Below are positions 22,479 through 33,400 of a stretch of 64,000 nt of DNA, in pieces. The stretch is taken from the NCBI GenBank assembly GCA_965205425.1, contig CBDBGZ010000004.1, forward strand, positions 128,001-192,000, in the 5' to 3' direction. This DNA comes from Nitrosopumilus sp. (GTDB taxonomy: Archaea; Thermoproteota; Nitrososphaeria; Nitrososphaerales; Nitrosopumilaceae). The notes under the pieces are model-generated. The model was not told the origin of the DNA and searched no databases. It saw only the letters and a program-made list of their open reading frames with translations. The position numbers and the translations under genes were made by a program. Position 1 is the first letter of the stretch; each line of letters starts with the position of its first letter.

Positions 22479-22832
22479 ATGGAAGACCAATCACTACTCC
22501 TACAGTACATGGGAGATACTCCAAAACTCAGAATAATAGACTTCTTTCTGGATAATAGAGAGAGTGATTATTCTAAAAAAGAGATTATAGAGTACACAGG
22601 TATTTCTAAAACTACATTTTACAAGGTTTGGGATGGAATTTTAGAATTTGAATTTTTAAAAACTACAAGAAAGTATGGCAAAGCACAACTATACGCACTA
22701 AATCCAGATTGTACACTTATCCAGAAGTTTAAAGATCTGGATAATGAACTTGGGAAGCAAGCCATGCAAAAGGCAACAGAAGAACCAATCCCTGCTCTGT
22801 CGTATCCCAAAATCAGTTCGTCCCTTATTTGA
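22479..22832 (+). CDS. Winged-HTH protein; 3' end runs into IS481 B1
   Basis: PKLRIIDFF...YSKKEI...GISKTT pattern. Confidence 0.7.
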   Translation: MEDQSLLLQYMGDTPKLRIIDFFLDNRESDYSKKEIIEYTGISKTTFYKVWDGILEFEFLKTTRKYGKAQLYALNPDCTLIQKFKDLDNELGKQAMQKATEEPIPALSYPKISSSLI

Positions 22833-23826
22833 CATCGTATTCTTCTCCTGTCTGCTCATCAATAACTCTTGTTCCCTTCTCTGGCATCTTTCTTGCATAT
22901 GCCTTTACAGGGGTCTCAAGATTATCCCAGTCAAGTGACATGTGTGGCTTTATGTGATTGTACCAGTGGACCAGCTCATCAATGGTGCCAAACCATTTCT
23001 GCTTTCTCTGAATCTCGCCGTGAAATCTTTCTAACTTTCCATTTGTCTGTGGATGATTCACTCTTGCCATGATATGCTTTATCTCTAATTTTACCAGTTC
23101 TTGCTCAAACTGAGATGCTCCTTTTCTCTTGTATTCTGATTGGTTTGCATAAAACTGGGAGCCATGATCAGTTAGAATTGATGCAGGCCTACCATGCTTT
23201 GCAATTGCCTCATGTAATACCACAAGTGCGTTATCTGTTGTTGCCTCTGCAAACACTCCATGAGAAACGATAAATCTTGATGCGTCATCCTGGTAGCATA
23301 AGAACCATCTGCCATCATCTAGCTTCTTCCAGTCAGTATGCCACATGGAGTTTGAATATGTCCTCTCGTATCTAACCCACTTTCGTCTTCTCCTCTTCTT
23401 TGGCTGAGCTTCTGCCAACCCTTCATCTCTCATAATTTTGTGTATGGTATTGTGAGGTATGTGTGTTCCAGTAGTATCAATTATTTTCTCCAAGAATACT
23501 GCAGAACACCTGAACTTTTCAAATGTAGACTGGACAGTCTGTACCATCTGCTCTGTGATTATTCCCTTTGGCCTTCCAGGCTTGCCTAGAATCGGAACTG
23601 CACCAGTACGGCGATACCGTGAGTAGAGTTTCTGCACCCACCGAACAGATATCTTCATGGATGAGGCTACGTCTGCGTTCTTGGCACCATCCTCTTTTGA
23701 CTTGATTATCCAGGATATCTGGATTGGATCTAACTTTTGCATAATCTTGTGATTCTTTCCTCTTTTCCAAACGTATCTTGACTTTAGTCTGGAAATAATG
23801 GGGTGAACTAATTTGAGGATAATAGA
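22798..23826 (-). mobile_element. IS481-family element, type B copy 1 (transposase 22825-23742)
   Basis: Imperfect TIRs; WHTDWK, TDHG and PQTNGKLER motifs; flanks do not form a TSD. Confidence 0.88.
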
Positions 23827-23968
23827 GTCCCTAATTCAGCTCCAAATAAATAAATCAGATAGCAAGAACTTTTAATTTTTGTTCTATTTCCTATGAAATT
23901 CGTCATATTTTAACGAAAAACTGAATTAGGAAACAAAGTTGTTGCTAAACGTTCTGTGTCAGTTTGAC

Positions 23969-24994
23969 GGGTGTGTCCTAAAACTATCCTCTAACATGTT
24001 TTGTAACCCCCATCAAATTAACAACTCGTATGTTGTAACAAATTACACGCAACGCCAACTCTTTTCTTTGAACCAACTTGTTTTTTGATGACAAGCTATT
24101 TCCAAAGATTCTTTTGAGTACTGCAAATACTGATTCAACAAGTGACCTCTTGTGATAATGTCTGTCAAATTCATCTTGATTGTCCTGGAATAATGTTATC
24201 ATTTTTTTCCATGATGCAGAGCCTTTGGGATTTCTAACTGTGTTCTTCTTTGGTTTGATGTATGGTATCTTTTGCAGAGTAGCTACCATATTGCAAATGT
24301 CTCGTGACAAATATGCAGGATCTGCACAAAAATCACCAATTCCCTTTGGAATGTCTTTGATTAGTTTTTTGAGAATTGGTGCATCACCACGAGTTCCTTT
24401 AGTAATGTCAAAAGATACTATTGCCATGGACTGTATTGCAATTAGGATGTGCAGTTTTAGATATAATTTCTTGGATTTGTGCGTGTTTGTCTTGATGTCA
24501 AACCAAGCCTCACATCTTTTGGTACCAAATCCTGAACTGTCAGGAGCTATGTCTTTTTTTTGATTGGTTCTGTGAGTTTTGCGTTTACCTTTTTCAAATA
24601 AGGCATTGGAATTCTTTTTAGACTGTCATTAATGACAGTCTTGCTTGGTGCTTTTTTGAGCTCCATTATTTCCAACAGATCCGGCCTTGATCTCAAGTGG
24701 GACTCCATGGAACGATAATCCAATCCAAACTTTACCTTTAGCATTGCACACATTATCTTTGCTTTTGTTGGAAATGCAGGACGTCCGCCTGTCTTTGGTT
24801 CCCATGGTGTATCCATACTCCAAACTGTCTTCTTTACTTTTTCCAAGAATAGAATCTCCTCATCCTTGCGATATGTGCCATATACTTGCCAGTCTCTTTT
24901 TGATTTGTTTTGCATAGTTGTTGTGATTCCATGCGATCAATATGTTACAGAATTGAATAAAATTGTTATATTTGTCTACTTTTAGGACACACCC
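23969..24994 (-). mobile_element. IS5-family element copy 2
   Basis: Matches 13352-14377; 9-bp flanks exchanged with copy 1. Confidence 0.88.
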
Positions 24995-25213
24995 GATTAT
25001 TACAAAGCAGTTAATGAGCCACTAAGAAAAGCAGTCTAGCCCAAAAATATATTTTCAAGAAATACTAGAAAATAGTGTTAGTTGGTTAGTGTGGAAATAT
25101 ACTGAATACCACTCGTTCTAATTTTGAATGATTAAAACGGTTTGACATTCAAAATGGAATGCTGATACCAATTAACAATACTATTCTATAGCGGTTTTTC
25201 AGAACAAGAAGTT

Positions 25214-25474
25214 ATGGGCAGAACAATATTCATTAAAGAAATAATTACGATACTAAAAGAACCAAGACTTTGCCCCACATGTCAAAAAGAAGACAGATTA
25301 GAAAAAGACCTAGTTAGAGAAGAAAGATCAAGCGGAAAGACAATTCTTTGTTCAAGATGTGAAGCATTGATTGTAATTACTAACCATAATCTCAAAGTGG
25401 TAGATTTGTCATCTACGAAAGATGATACAATTATGTTAAAAGAGCCTCATTTGATCAGAAAAGTTGGTTATTGA
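25214..25474 (+). CDS. Zn-ribbon hypothetical protein
   Basis: CPTC...CSRC motifs. Confidence 0.7.
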   Translation: MGRTIFIKEIITILKEPRLCPTCQKEDRLEKDLVREERSSGKTILCSRCEALIVITNHNLKVVDLSSTKDDTIMLKEPHLIRKVGY

Positions 25475-25495
25475 TTATCAATTTTTTAAGTAAAA

Positions 25496-25942
25496 TTAGA
25501 TCTTTGGTTTTGAAAATGGTTTTCCTGCAGATTGTTTGTCAGTAGAATCTTTTTTGTAAATTCGTTTCTTTGTAGCTGATTTTTCGGAAATAGGTTTCTT
25601 CGAGAATTGTACATCGAATAATCTCTTATTTGTTTTATTTTCTTTGCTGTCAGGAGTTAATCTTGTAGATAATAATCCTTTTTTATCTTCTAATAGCATA
25701 GCAATTATACGAGGTCGAATGTACCTAGCAATTTCCCATTCTTTCAAATCAGCATTACGAGATTCTTCTTTAATTATTAGACCAGCTAACCCATTACTCC
25801 AAATGTGACGTTTGGTATCATACACTTCAATAACTTTTCCATGTTTAGTAATCTTGATTGCCCCGTGACATCTTTGAACAATTTGCTCGGCTACACGTTG
25901 ATAGATTTTTTCAAAATTTGCCAATACCATAGTGGAAATCAA
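25496..25942 (-). CDS. Hypothetical protein with basic tail
   Basis: 148-aa ORF. Confidence 0.65.
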   Translation of the reverse strand: MISTMVLANFEKIYQRVAEQIVQRCHGAIKITKHGKVIEVYDTKRHIWSNGLAGLIIKEESRNADLKEWEIARYIRPRIIAMLLEDKKGLLSTRLTPDSKENKTNKRLFDVQFSKKPISEKSATKKRIYKKDSTDKQSAGKPFSKPKI

Positions 25943-26084
25943 TCATGTGAAAAAGGTTCTGATTTAGAAATTGAATGATAATATATCCTAGAAAATGTTA
26001 GAAAAAGTGCTGATGATTAATCAACCTCTAAGCTATAACTGATAGATGATGAGAATTGCCGAATTATGAAGCATGTTTAATTTA

Positions 26085-26477
26085 TCACATTTGACGTTCG
26101 CGGACATTTACCATCATAGATAATGGTGGTGATAATACTGAAGGATTATCAATACTTTCCCAAACATATACCTGAATGTGATAAGTTCCAGATTCAGTAG
26201 GAATCCAAGATTGTGCAGGTGAAAATGACTGTCTAGGGGATAAAGAGCCAGTAATCCAAGACAACGAAATCACGACATCATCAGAATTTCTAACTTGGGT
26301 AATATATGCAAAAATTTGTGGAGTGTCTTGATTATTTGAAATGTCAGCCATTATCATAATTTGTTCATCAACAAAGTGTGTTTTTTCTTCAGAGGAATTT
26401 TGAGTTGTTATAGGATCTCCAAATGCCACTCCCATACTTGTTGTTGCCTCTGGGATGGTAAGAAGTAGAATTTTCAT
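26085..26477 (-). CDS. Ig-like hypothetical protein
   Basis: SWIPTESGTYHIQVYVWES pattern. Confidence 0.65.
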   Translation of the reverse strand: MKILLLTIPEATTSMGVAFGDPITTQNSSEEKTHFVDEQIMIMADISNNQDTPQIFAYITQVRNSDDVVISLSWITGSLSPRQSFSPAQSWIPTESGTYHIQVYVWESIDNPSVLSPPLSMMVNVRERQM

Positions 26478-26505
26478 AACCCAGTATTAGGAGGATGCGT
26501 ATTTA

Positions 26506-26721
26506 ATGTATCTAATGGGTAAAGAACTTCCTGAAAATTTTCCAGAGTTTTCAATAATGTACAAGACGCTAACAAAACAAATCAAAATTCTTAAAAAATC
26601 ATTAGATGGAAAACAAGGTACAGAACTAGAAGAAATTCAAATGAAAATTCAAAACTATGAATCAGAAATTTTGAAAATTAAGAAAAAGTTTCCAGATAAT
26701 TTTTTTGAAGAATTAAATTAA
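26506..26721 (+). CDS. Small hypothetical protein
   Basis: 71-aa ORF. Confidence 0.6.
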   Translation: MYLMGKELPENFPEFSIMYKTLTKQIKILKKSLDGKQGTELEEIQMKIQNYESEILKIKKKFPDNFFEELN

Positions 26722-26949
26722 TTATTCATGTGTATGATCATGACCACAATCACAAGAATGATCATCACCTTTAAGAGACATTAATTTTTGTACCATTTCA
26801 TCACGAATTTTAAGTAAATCGCCAACTTGTTGTTTCATAGATTCTGAATCCCAATGACTTTGGTGTAGTTCCCTAACAACGTCAATAATTTCAAGATCTA
26901 CATTTAGAAGATTATCCATTAGTTGTTCTTGTTCATTCATAATATCCAT
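26722..26949 (-). CDS. Small protein with His/Cys-rich tail
   Basis: C-terminus DDHSCDCGHDHTHE. Confidence 0.65.
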   Translation of the reverse strand: MDIMNEQEQLMDNLLNVDLEIIDVVRELHQSHWDSESMKQQVGDLLKIRDEMVQKLMSLKGDDHSCDCGHDHTHE

Positions 26950-26998
26950 TCAACATACTAGAAAAAAAACTATTCTAATCAAATTACCCAATAATGAA

Positions 26999-27439
26999 TT
27001 ATTCAGCTTCCATGCTTTCTTTTAGAAGATTTTTTCGTACTAAGATTGGAATATTGTAAAAAGCACCCAAGGCCATCGCGTCAGATGCACGATAATTTCT
27101 TAAAACCAAATCCTTTTTTCCAGTAAAATACAAATTTGCACGTAATACGTCACCGCTTTCATAGATTTTGACTTTAACTAACACCAATTCACTTTGCTCA
27201 CAAATCTCTTCAATCATTTTATAAATAGAGGGTGCGGCTTCGCCTTCAGATTCACCAAAACTAGAGATATGTTTTGCTACTTCTCCAGAAAATGCCCTCA
27301 TATGGAATTCTTTTCCATTATCAGCTTTTAGAACAACCATGCCTTCAACAGCATATGGATCTACAAATCCAACATAATTGATTTTTACAGAGTCATAATC
27401 AGGCTCTTGTGCTTGATCAATTTCCATTGTATTACGCAT
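26999..27439 (-). CDS. Bifunctional nuclease (DUF151-like) protein
   Basis: YRASDAMALG...PILV motif. Confidence 0.75.
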   Translation of the reverse strand: MRNTMEIDQAQEPDYDSVKINYVGFVDPYAVEGMVVLKADNGKEFHMRAFSGEVAKHISSFGESEGEAAPSIYKMIEEICEQSELVLVKVKIYESGDVLRANLYFTGKKDLVLRNYRASDAMALGAFYNIPILVRKNLLKESMEAE

Positions 27440-27578
27440 AAACTTCCTTGTCAGTGCTTATAAAGATAGCAAAAAAAATGAGATCAGGATGAAAAATAAG
27501 TAATGGTAAATTTTTTTTAAACGATCAAGACTCATGCGCAACCCCAAATTATTTAAAATCCCCAACTAAGGTAGCTTA

Positions 27579-29420
27579 ATGTCAACAAATCCAGAACGAG
27601 CCGTATCATATGTTCTTAGCAAGTATGTTACAAACTACATGGACAAAGATGTTCTGATACTGGGACTAAATACACAAACAAGAGAAGCCGCCAGAATGCT
27701 TCGTCACTACGAAACAGATGACATCATAGTTACGGATGGAGATAATCTTCCAGTTGGAATTGTTACAGATGAAGATATTCTAAGTAAAGTAAGTGATGTA
27801 ACAGTGTATGCCGAAGCTACTACTTTGAAAGATGTTATGAGTACTCCACTAATTACAATTAATGAAAAAGCAACATTACAAGATGCATTACATAAAATGA
27901 GAGATAACAACATCAGAAAACTCCCAGTATTATCAAAGAAAAACCAAGTAATTGGAATGATTTTCCAAACAGTAATTGCAAATGTTATTAGAGATGCAAC
28001 TGCTACAGCCCCACGTCTCCTTAGCCCGCCGGTAAAAGCAGTTTTGGGTAATCTTGGATTTGTATTACAATTTGCAGGAGTGTTACTTTTGGTACCAGCA
28101 ATTGTTGCCACAGTGTTAGAAGATACAACTACAGCTACAGGAATTTATCTTACTACCGTTCTTTTACTAGTTACAGGATTTTTCCTCAATTCTTATGGTG
28201 AAAAATCTAGTCTGAATCTACAACAGGCGTCAATTCTTGTATTTTCAAGCCTGTTTTTGCTGTCTTTATTTGGAACTGTTCCCTATCTGTACGTATTTCC
28301 AAGTGATGAAACTAGTGTAGAGGTATTTGGTAATGCATTTTTTTCAAGTGCTGCAGGATTCACTACAGGAGGAATATCATTATTTGATGAGCCAGAAGAA
28401 CTAACTCAGAGTTTTACATTTTTCCGAAGCTATACCCAACTTGTAGGAGGAATGAGTTTCATTTATTTGGTAATTACTGCATTTTATCCAGAATCAAAAT
28501 TACAATCAATGCGTGGTTTTATTTCTGGAAGAACATTACACATGAAAGAGTTATTCTTAACCATCACAGTCATCTTTGCAATCTACATTGTGATTGTAGC
28601 ATTTCTACTACACATATTTGGAGAAGGTGACATCATAGATGTTTTCTCATTATCGATGATAGATAATTTCTCACTAGCAATGAGTACTTTGGCAACGGGA
28701 GGATTTACACCAACATCTACAATTTTAGATGATTTGGTATGGCAAGAACACATAATCTTAATGGGTGCAATGATTCTAGGTGCATTACCATTTACATTCC
28801 ACTATGCATTTGTAAGAAAAAAATTCCTTTCACCAAAACTTGGAAAAGAAGTTTTAACATACTTTGCAATTTTAGGAAGTGCAACAGTTTTGTTTATTGG
28901 TATCAGTGGTTTAGATGATCCTTTGCAAAGTGCATTTTACTCTGTATCTGCCAGCACCACTGCAGGACTCCAAATTGAAAGTCTTGCGGGATTAAACGGG
29001 GGTGCACATACAATACTGATAATTCTAATGTTCATCGGAGGTTGTGGATTCTCAACAGCAGGGGGTTTGAAAATATTCAGATTATTCCATCTAAAAGATC
29101 TCAGATCTTTACTCAGTAAAGCACGAAGAGCAGAACTTTCAGTCCAATCAAAAAAGGAAATAATTTCAACTATCATCATCATAGCATTGTTTCCCACAAT
29201 TTCAGCAATCACAGGATTGCACCTTGCAGCAATAGAAGATGTACCATTCCAAGATGCATTTTTTGAAGCAGCAGGAGTAATCACTACAGGGGGGTTATCA
29301 GCAGGAGTAATTGATTTTGACACAGATCCTGCAACAAAGATTGTACTTGGATTTTTGATGATTTTTGGAAGGTTGGAAATAATTGCAATTATCTACATTT
29401 TTGTCCCCAAACTTAGTTGA
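27579..29420 (+). CDS. TrkH-type cation transporter with N-terminal CBS pair
   Basis: Four pore motifs (FTTGG, LATGG, STTAG, ITTGG), GRLE motif, CBS domains. Confidence 0.88.
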   Translation: MSTNPERAVSYVLSKYVTNYMDKDVLILGLNTQTREAARMLRHYETDDIIVTDGDNLPVGIVTDEDILSKVSDVTVYAEATTLKDVMSTPLITINEKATLQDALHKMRDNNIRKLPVLSKKNQVIGMIFQTVIANVIRDATATAPRLLSPPVKAVLGNLGFVLQFAGVLLLVPAIVATVLEDTTTATGIYLTTVLLLVTGFFLNSYGEKSSLNLQQASILVFSSLFLLSLFGTVPYLYVFPSDETSVEVFGNAFFSSAAGFTTGGISLFDEPEELTQSFTFFRSYTQLVGGMSFIYLVITAFYPESKLQSMRGFISGRTLHMKELFLTITVIFAIYIVIVAFLLHIFGEGDIIDVFSLSMIDNFSLAMSTLATGGFTPTSTILDDLVWQEHIILMGAMILGALPFTFHYAFVRKKFLSPKLGKEVLTYFAILGSATVLFIGISGLDDPLQSAFYSVSASTTAGLQIESLAGLNGGAHTILIILMFIGGCGFSTAGGLKIFRLFHLKDLRSLLSKARRAELSVQSKKEIISTIIIIALFPTISAITGLHLAAIEDVPFQDAFFEAAGVITTGGLSAGVIDFDTDPATKIVLGFLMIFGRLEIIAIIYIFVPKLS

Positions 29421-29466
29421 AAATAAGATAATGTGTAACAAATCGAACTGACATATTCTTATCAAT

Positions 29467-29606
29467 AGACGTCTTGCGTAATTATTTCTAGGCGTGAATT
29501 TTGCTGCAGGATTTTTCAAATTGGTTGAGAAATTTGAATTTTCAGGTATGAATTCTGTTAAAATACAAAATTTGAGAAAAAATCTCTATAATTACGCAAG
29601 AGGTCT
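29467..29606. mobile_element. 140-bp MITE related to the IS at 63419
   Basis: 18-bp TIR AGAC(G/C)TCTTGCGTAATTA, AAT direct repeat, no ORF. Confidence 0.75.
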
Positions 29607-29801
29607 AATACAATATACAATCAATTAGGTATGTATGTCCACGAAGAGATCACCAGAGATTTGGCAATGCTAAACGATATGACAAAATTTGTCTTAGCCA
29701 AAATTAAAGAAACATCTGAAAGCCAATAATTACAGCATTCCAAATAGGATTGACTATTAAATTAGGATAGAATTTATTGTTATAATCAAAAAAACAGAAA
29801 C

Positions 29802-30623
29802 ATGGAGACGCATGTTAAAAAGAGTACAAATCAAGGGAAAAAACTGATTATTTTAGGATTTGTTACAATTGCAATTTTGTTTTTAATTTATGGAAGATAT
29901 GAAAATTCAGAACTTTTGACACCAAGTGCAATTGATACCATACAAAGAATTGCATATGGATTTTATATTATTCTAATAGTTTCTTTTGGAGCCATTGCTT
30001 TTGGAATGTATAGATATCATAGAGATAAAGTAGAAAACAAAGGAAAAGATCTCTCAACAATTATAGCAATTACAACATGGAATTCAAAATCTAGGAAAAT
30101 CTTTGTTGCCACATTTATCGGATATGGGATATTTTTTTCAATGGTTTCAGGAACTCTGGTATATCAACCAGATGTGAGTTTCTCTTATCATTACGGAGCA
30201 GAGATACCATCAGGGTTTGTTGCACCATGCTGTGACAAACCAGGATACATGCCTCAAGTAATCATTTACCTCACAGATCATGTAGGATTAAATGTAATTC
30301 CTCTTAACTTAGTGCTACAAATTATTGTTTCATATCTAGTAGGATTAAACGCAGCAATTGCAGTAAACGCATACACAATTTCTAAAAAAGGTAGAGGTGC
30401 AAGCAGTATTGGAGCTATTGCAGGATTGTTCATTGCATGCCCAACTTGTGCAGGATCATTTTTGTCAGTGTTTATTGGGACAGCAAGTGGAATTGCACTA
30501 TCAATTGCATTAGTTGAATTACAGACATTTTTTATTGCAATTTCAATACCAGTATTACTTGTAACACCATATGTCATGGCAAAAAAATTACGAAATACGG
30601 ATGGAAGTTGTAAGATTAACTAG
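29802..30623 (+). CDS. Membrane protein with CPTC motif
   Basis: Multiple TM segments; APCC and ACPTCAG motifs. Confidence 0.75.
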   Translation: METHVKKSTNQGKKLIILGFVTIAILFLIYGRYENSELLTPSAIDTIQRIAYGFYIILIVSFGAIAFGMYRYHRDKVENKGKDLSTIIAITTWNSKSRKIFVATFIGYGIFFSMVSGTLVYQPDVSFSYHYGAEIPSGFVAPCCDKPGYMPQVIIYLTDHVGLNVIPLNLVLQIIVSYLVGLNAAIAVNAYTISKKGRGASSIGAIAGLFIACPTCAGSFLSVFIGTASGIALSIALVELQTFFIAISIPVLLVTPYVMAKKLRNTDGSCKIN

Positions 30624-30873
30624 ATTGTGATTTCTTTACTTCGGGGATTTTGTGAGTACCAATATCATAACCATCACGACGTAAGTATTTGAGCGTCAGT
30701 TTGTAAATTATCTCATCATGATCTACTTTGTCTAAAATTTCAGTCCACATAACTTTTCCATTATCTTCAATGTATTTTTTAAAACCAGGATTCATAGATT
30801 CAGCAATTTCTCGACATTGATCAAATGTTTTTCCATTTTTGTAAGCGCGTACACGCCTATCACAACTATCCAT
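30616..30873 (-). CDS. Hypothetical protein
   Basis: 85-aa ORF. Confidence 0.65.
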   Translation of the reverse strand: MDSCDRRVRAYKNGKTFDQCREIAESMNPGFKKYIEDNGKVMWTEILDKVDHDEIIYKLTLKYLRRDGYDIGTHKIPEVKKSQSS

Positions 30874-30950
30874 GAAGGAATTCTTTCAAAATTGTAAATA
30901 AACTTAGATTGTATGTCTTCAAACAAATACTAGAATGGTGACTATATAGC

Positions 30951-31184
30951 ATGGCAATAAAATCAACTGAAGAGTATATTGATTTTTTTGTTAATTTGAA
31001 TATGGGAGAAAATGTACCACTTTTGAGTTTTGTAAATAATGAAAGAATGGTTTTGAAACAAAAATTAGAATATAAAAATTTAGAAAAAGAGCCAATAAAA
31101 AAAGGAATAGAAATCTTGGAGCAATTAATAATAGAAATTAATGATATTGGAGAATTAGCAATACTAAAAAAATATCAAAAGTAG
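30951..31184 (+). CDS. Hypothetical protein
   Basis: 77-aa ORF. Confidence 0.65.
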   Translation: MAIKSTEEYIDFFVNLNMGENVPLLSFVNNERMVLKQKLEYKNLEKEPIKKGIEILEQLIIEINDIGELAILKKYQK

Positions 31185-31187
31185 AGT

Positions 31188-31766
31188 TTGGGAGAAAAAA
31201 TGGATAAAAATTCAGAAATTATCAAAACAGAGATCATTAGAATACTAAACGAAAATGGGAAGATCAGAGGAACAGAACTTGCCAAAAGAGTAATAGAAAA
31301 AGTAGGAAATGAAAAAATAGTATACAGAGAAATCAGTGCTCTAGTTGAATCAGGGGAAATAGATAAGAAAGTTCACAGTAGGTCACATATCGAATATGAA
31401 TTGATTAATTTATCAGAATCTGTAAACAGTCAACTAAAAAATTTGCATAAAGAAGTAGATATGATTTATGAAGAAATTGCAAATTTTGAAGCCATAATAA
31501 AAGAAGAGAATTTTTCGTTTCATGAAAGACTAAGATCAATTATTCATCAAATACACATAGTGCAATCTACTGATGGAATAATGAAATTACTGTCATATTA
31601 TCCAGCATTTAGAAAAGACAAGATGTATTCACAAATTATAAGAAAAATAAACGATTGTTGGGAATCAATCATGAATAGCATCACTCATCAACCAGAAGGA
31701 GATTTTCTTAATGAAGTTCTTGCAAATTTAAGAATATCTCAAATAGATTCAAAAAATGTGAATTAA
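31188..31766 (+). CDS. wHTH-containing hypothetical protein
   Basis: IIRILNENGKIRGTELAK...LVESGEI pattern. Confidence 0.65.
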   Translation: MGEKMDKNSEIIKTEIIRILNENGKIRGTELAKRVIEKVGNEKIVYREISALVESGEIDKKVHSRSHIEYELINLSESVNSQLKNLHKEVDMIYEEIANFEAIIKEENFSFHERLRSIIHQIHIVQSTDGIMKLLSYYPAFRKDKMYSQIIRKINDCWESIMNSITHQPEGDFLNEVLANLRISQIDSKNVN

Positions 31767-32035
31767 GAATTTTTTAATTTCTCTAAAACAATTTTAAAAA
31801 TTTCATTATTATCTAATAATATGTATGGAAGATCATTTTCTTCACATGCTTGACCACTTTCGGTATCACGGGTGACCAATATCATGTTGTGTTCTTTAGC
31901 ATAATTAATCACAGAATAGTCAGTTCGTAGTTTGTGTCCATCCGTACGTAACTTTTTAACGCTATAGGCATCATAACCTAATTCTTTGAGTTTATCATCC
32001 CAGCCATCATCCATTTCATCAATTAAAATTTTCAT
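31763..32035 (-). CDS. PIN-like (DUF5615/Mut7-C-like) protein
   Basis: MKILIDEM...ILVTRD motif. Confidence 0.75.
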   Translation of the reverse strand: MKILIDEMDDGWDDKLKELGYDAYSVKKLRTDGHKLRTDYSVINYAKEHNMILVTRDTESGQACEENDLPYILLDNNEIFKIVLEKLKNS

Positions 32036-32118
32036 GTATTACGATGACATAATTTCAATATTAGTGTAAATAAACAGCGAATGATCAAGTACTTATTTTC
32101 AATAATTTATGAAAAATC

Positions 32119-32352
32119 ATGGATGTAAAAGAGGAAGATACATCAGAAGAATCTAAGAAAAACCACATATCATATTATAAATCACTAACCAAGGTCATCA
32201 CGGAAATTCAAGAAGAAAAAAAACAAGAAGGTGAACCAGCAATCATAAGTCATTTGGATAATAGAATCGATGCAATGGAGAAAGACAAAAAAAGAATAAG
32301 AGACATGTTTCCAGATATCAAAGAAGAGGAGTGGGATGGCAACACCAACTGA
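32119..32352 (+). CDS. Hypothetical protein
   Basis: 77-aa ORF. Confidence 0.6.
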   Translation: MDVKEEDTSEESKKNHISYYKSLTKVITEIQEEKKQEGEPAIISHLDNRIDAMEKDKKRIRDMFPDIKEEEWDGNTN

Positions 32353-32542
32353 AAAAAATCACAATAAACATCTAGATTTACTCCATGACTACAAAATTCA
32401 CCTAGTAAAGTACATAGAAATTTTAGAGAAAATGGATAAACAATCAGAATTTGCAAAAGAATGGAATCAATCCACAATTAAAGAAAGAAAACAAGAAATT
32501 CAGGTAATAGATAAAATTTTAAAAAATTTAATACGATTTTAA
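32336..32542 (+). CDS. Hypothetical protein
   Basis: 68-aa ORF. Confidence 0.6.
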   Translation: MATPTEKNHNKHLDLLHDYKIHLVKYIEILEKMDKQSEFAKEWNQSTIKERKQEIQVIDKILKNLIRF

Positions 32543-32890
32543 TTAGGATTTTTGTGTTAAATCATAAAGAGTTATACAAAAACCATCTACATGTTCAGAA
32601 GAAACACCATCAAACCATGCAAGTTCTTTATCTATGCTAAATCCTTGAAAATCATATTTAGAATTTGATTTAACATAATCAATTTCAGATTGAATTAATT
32701 TTTGAATTGCTTCTTTGTCATTTTTATTTAATTCATAGTTACAGGTCATCATATCAATCTGAATGAAATAGTTGTCATGAACAGGATTGGTTTTGGCCTT
32801 GATAAATGGCCTATTTTGTTGTTGACATTCACGATAATGTTTGTCATATTCAAACATCTTTGAATCCCCAAGATATTTGTGAAATACCAT
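32543..32890 (-). CDS. Hypothetical protein
   Basis: 115-aa ORF. Confidence 0.65.
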   Translation of the reverse strand: MVFHKYLGDSKMFEYDKHYRECQQQNRPFIKAKTNPVHDNYFIQIDMMTCNYELNKNDKEAIQKLIQSEIDYVKSNSKYDFQGFSIDKELAWFDGVSSEHVDGFCITLYDLTQKS

Positions 32891-32920
32891 AATTTGGAAG
32901 AAAGAAGTAAGTAAATAACC

Positions 32921-33298
32921 CTAAAGGTCAGCAGTAATTTTTTTGATTTTTGTAATTAATCTGATTTTAGTATTAATTGGCATTTCAGGCTCCATTGTAA
33001 AATATACAATATTTCTCTTGGTGTAAATTACCATTTGAGAAACTTTTTCTCTTTCAACATGGACATATCTTACTTTACCAAGAGATCTGTCAAATTCTTT
33101 TCTCATAGAACGTCTTTGTGCAACTTGTTTACAGAAATGTTCTTCTTCTTTTTGAGATTTTAAATTGGTTTTTCCTGTTTTCATAATGGCTTCTCGAATC
33201 TTCCCTTTTGGATCAATAACTGCTGCAAATCTCATTTTATTATCTAACTTGAGAATTTTTTGAACAACATCAAGTAAATCAACTTTTTTCTTTGCCAT
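32921..33298 (-). CDS. Roadblock/profilin-like thaumarchaeal protein
   Basis: MRFAAVID...FDRSLGKVRY...EREKV pattern. Confidence 0.7.
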   Translation of the reverse strand: MAKKKVDLLDVVQKILKLDNKMRFAAVIDPKGKIREAIMKTGKTNLKSQKEEEHFCKQVAQRRSMRKEFDRSLGKVRYVHVEREKVSQMVIYTKRNIVYFTMEPEMPINTKIRLITKIKKITADL

Positions 33299-33400
33299 TC
33301 TAAATTAAAAAAACAATATGCTAAATAAAAACCATCAAGTGTTTTAAAAATACAAATTTCTCAAGACAGGATTAAATTTCATTATTTATACAGAAAATAG

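Noticed and set aside
19645..23910. 12-bp repeat TTCGTCATATTT (19645 and 23899) as an att core
   Set aside because: It is short and AT-rich, and it would place essential proS inside the element; unsupported.
13352..24994. Composite transposon mobilising proS and egtB
   Set aside because: Two overlapping inversions explain all four TSD pairs more simply.
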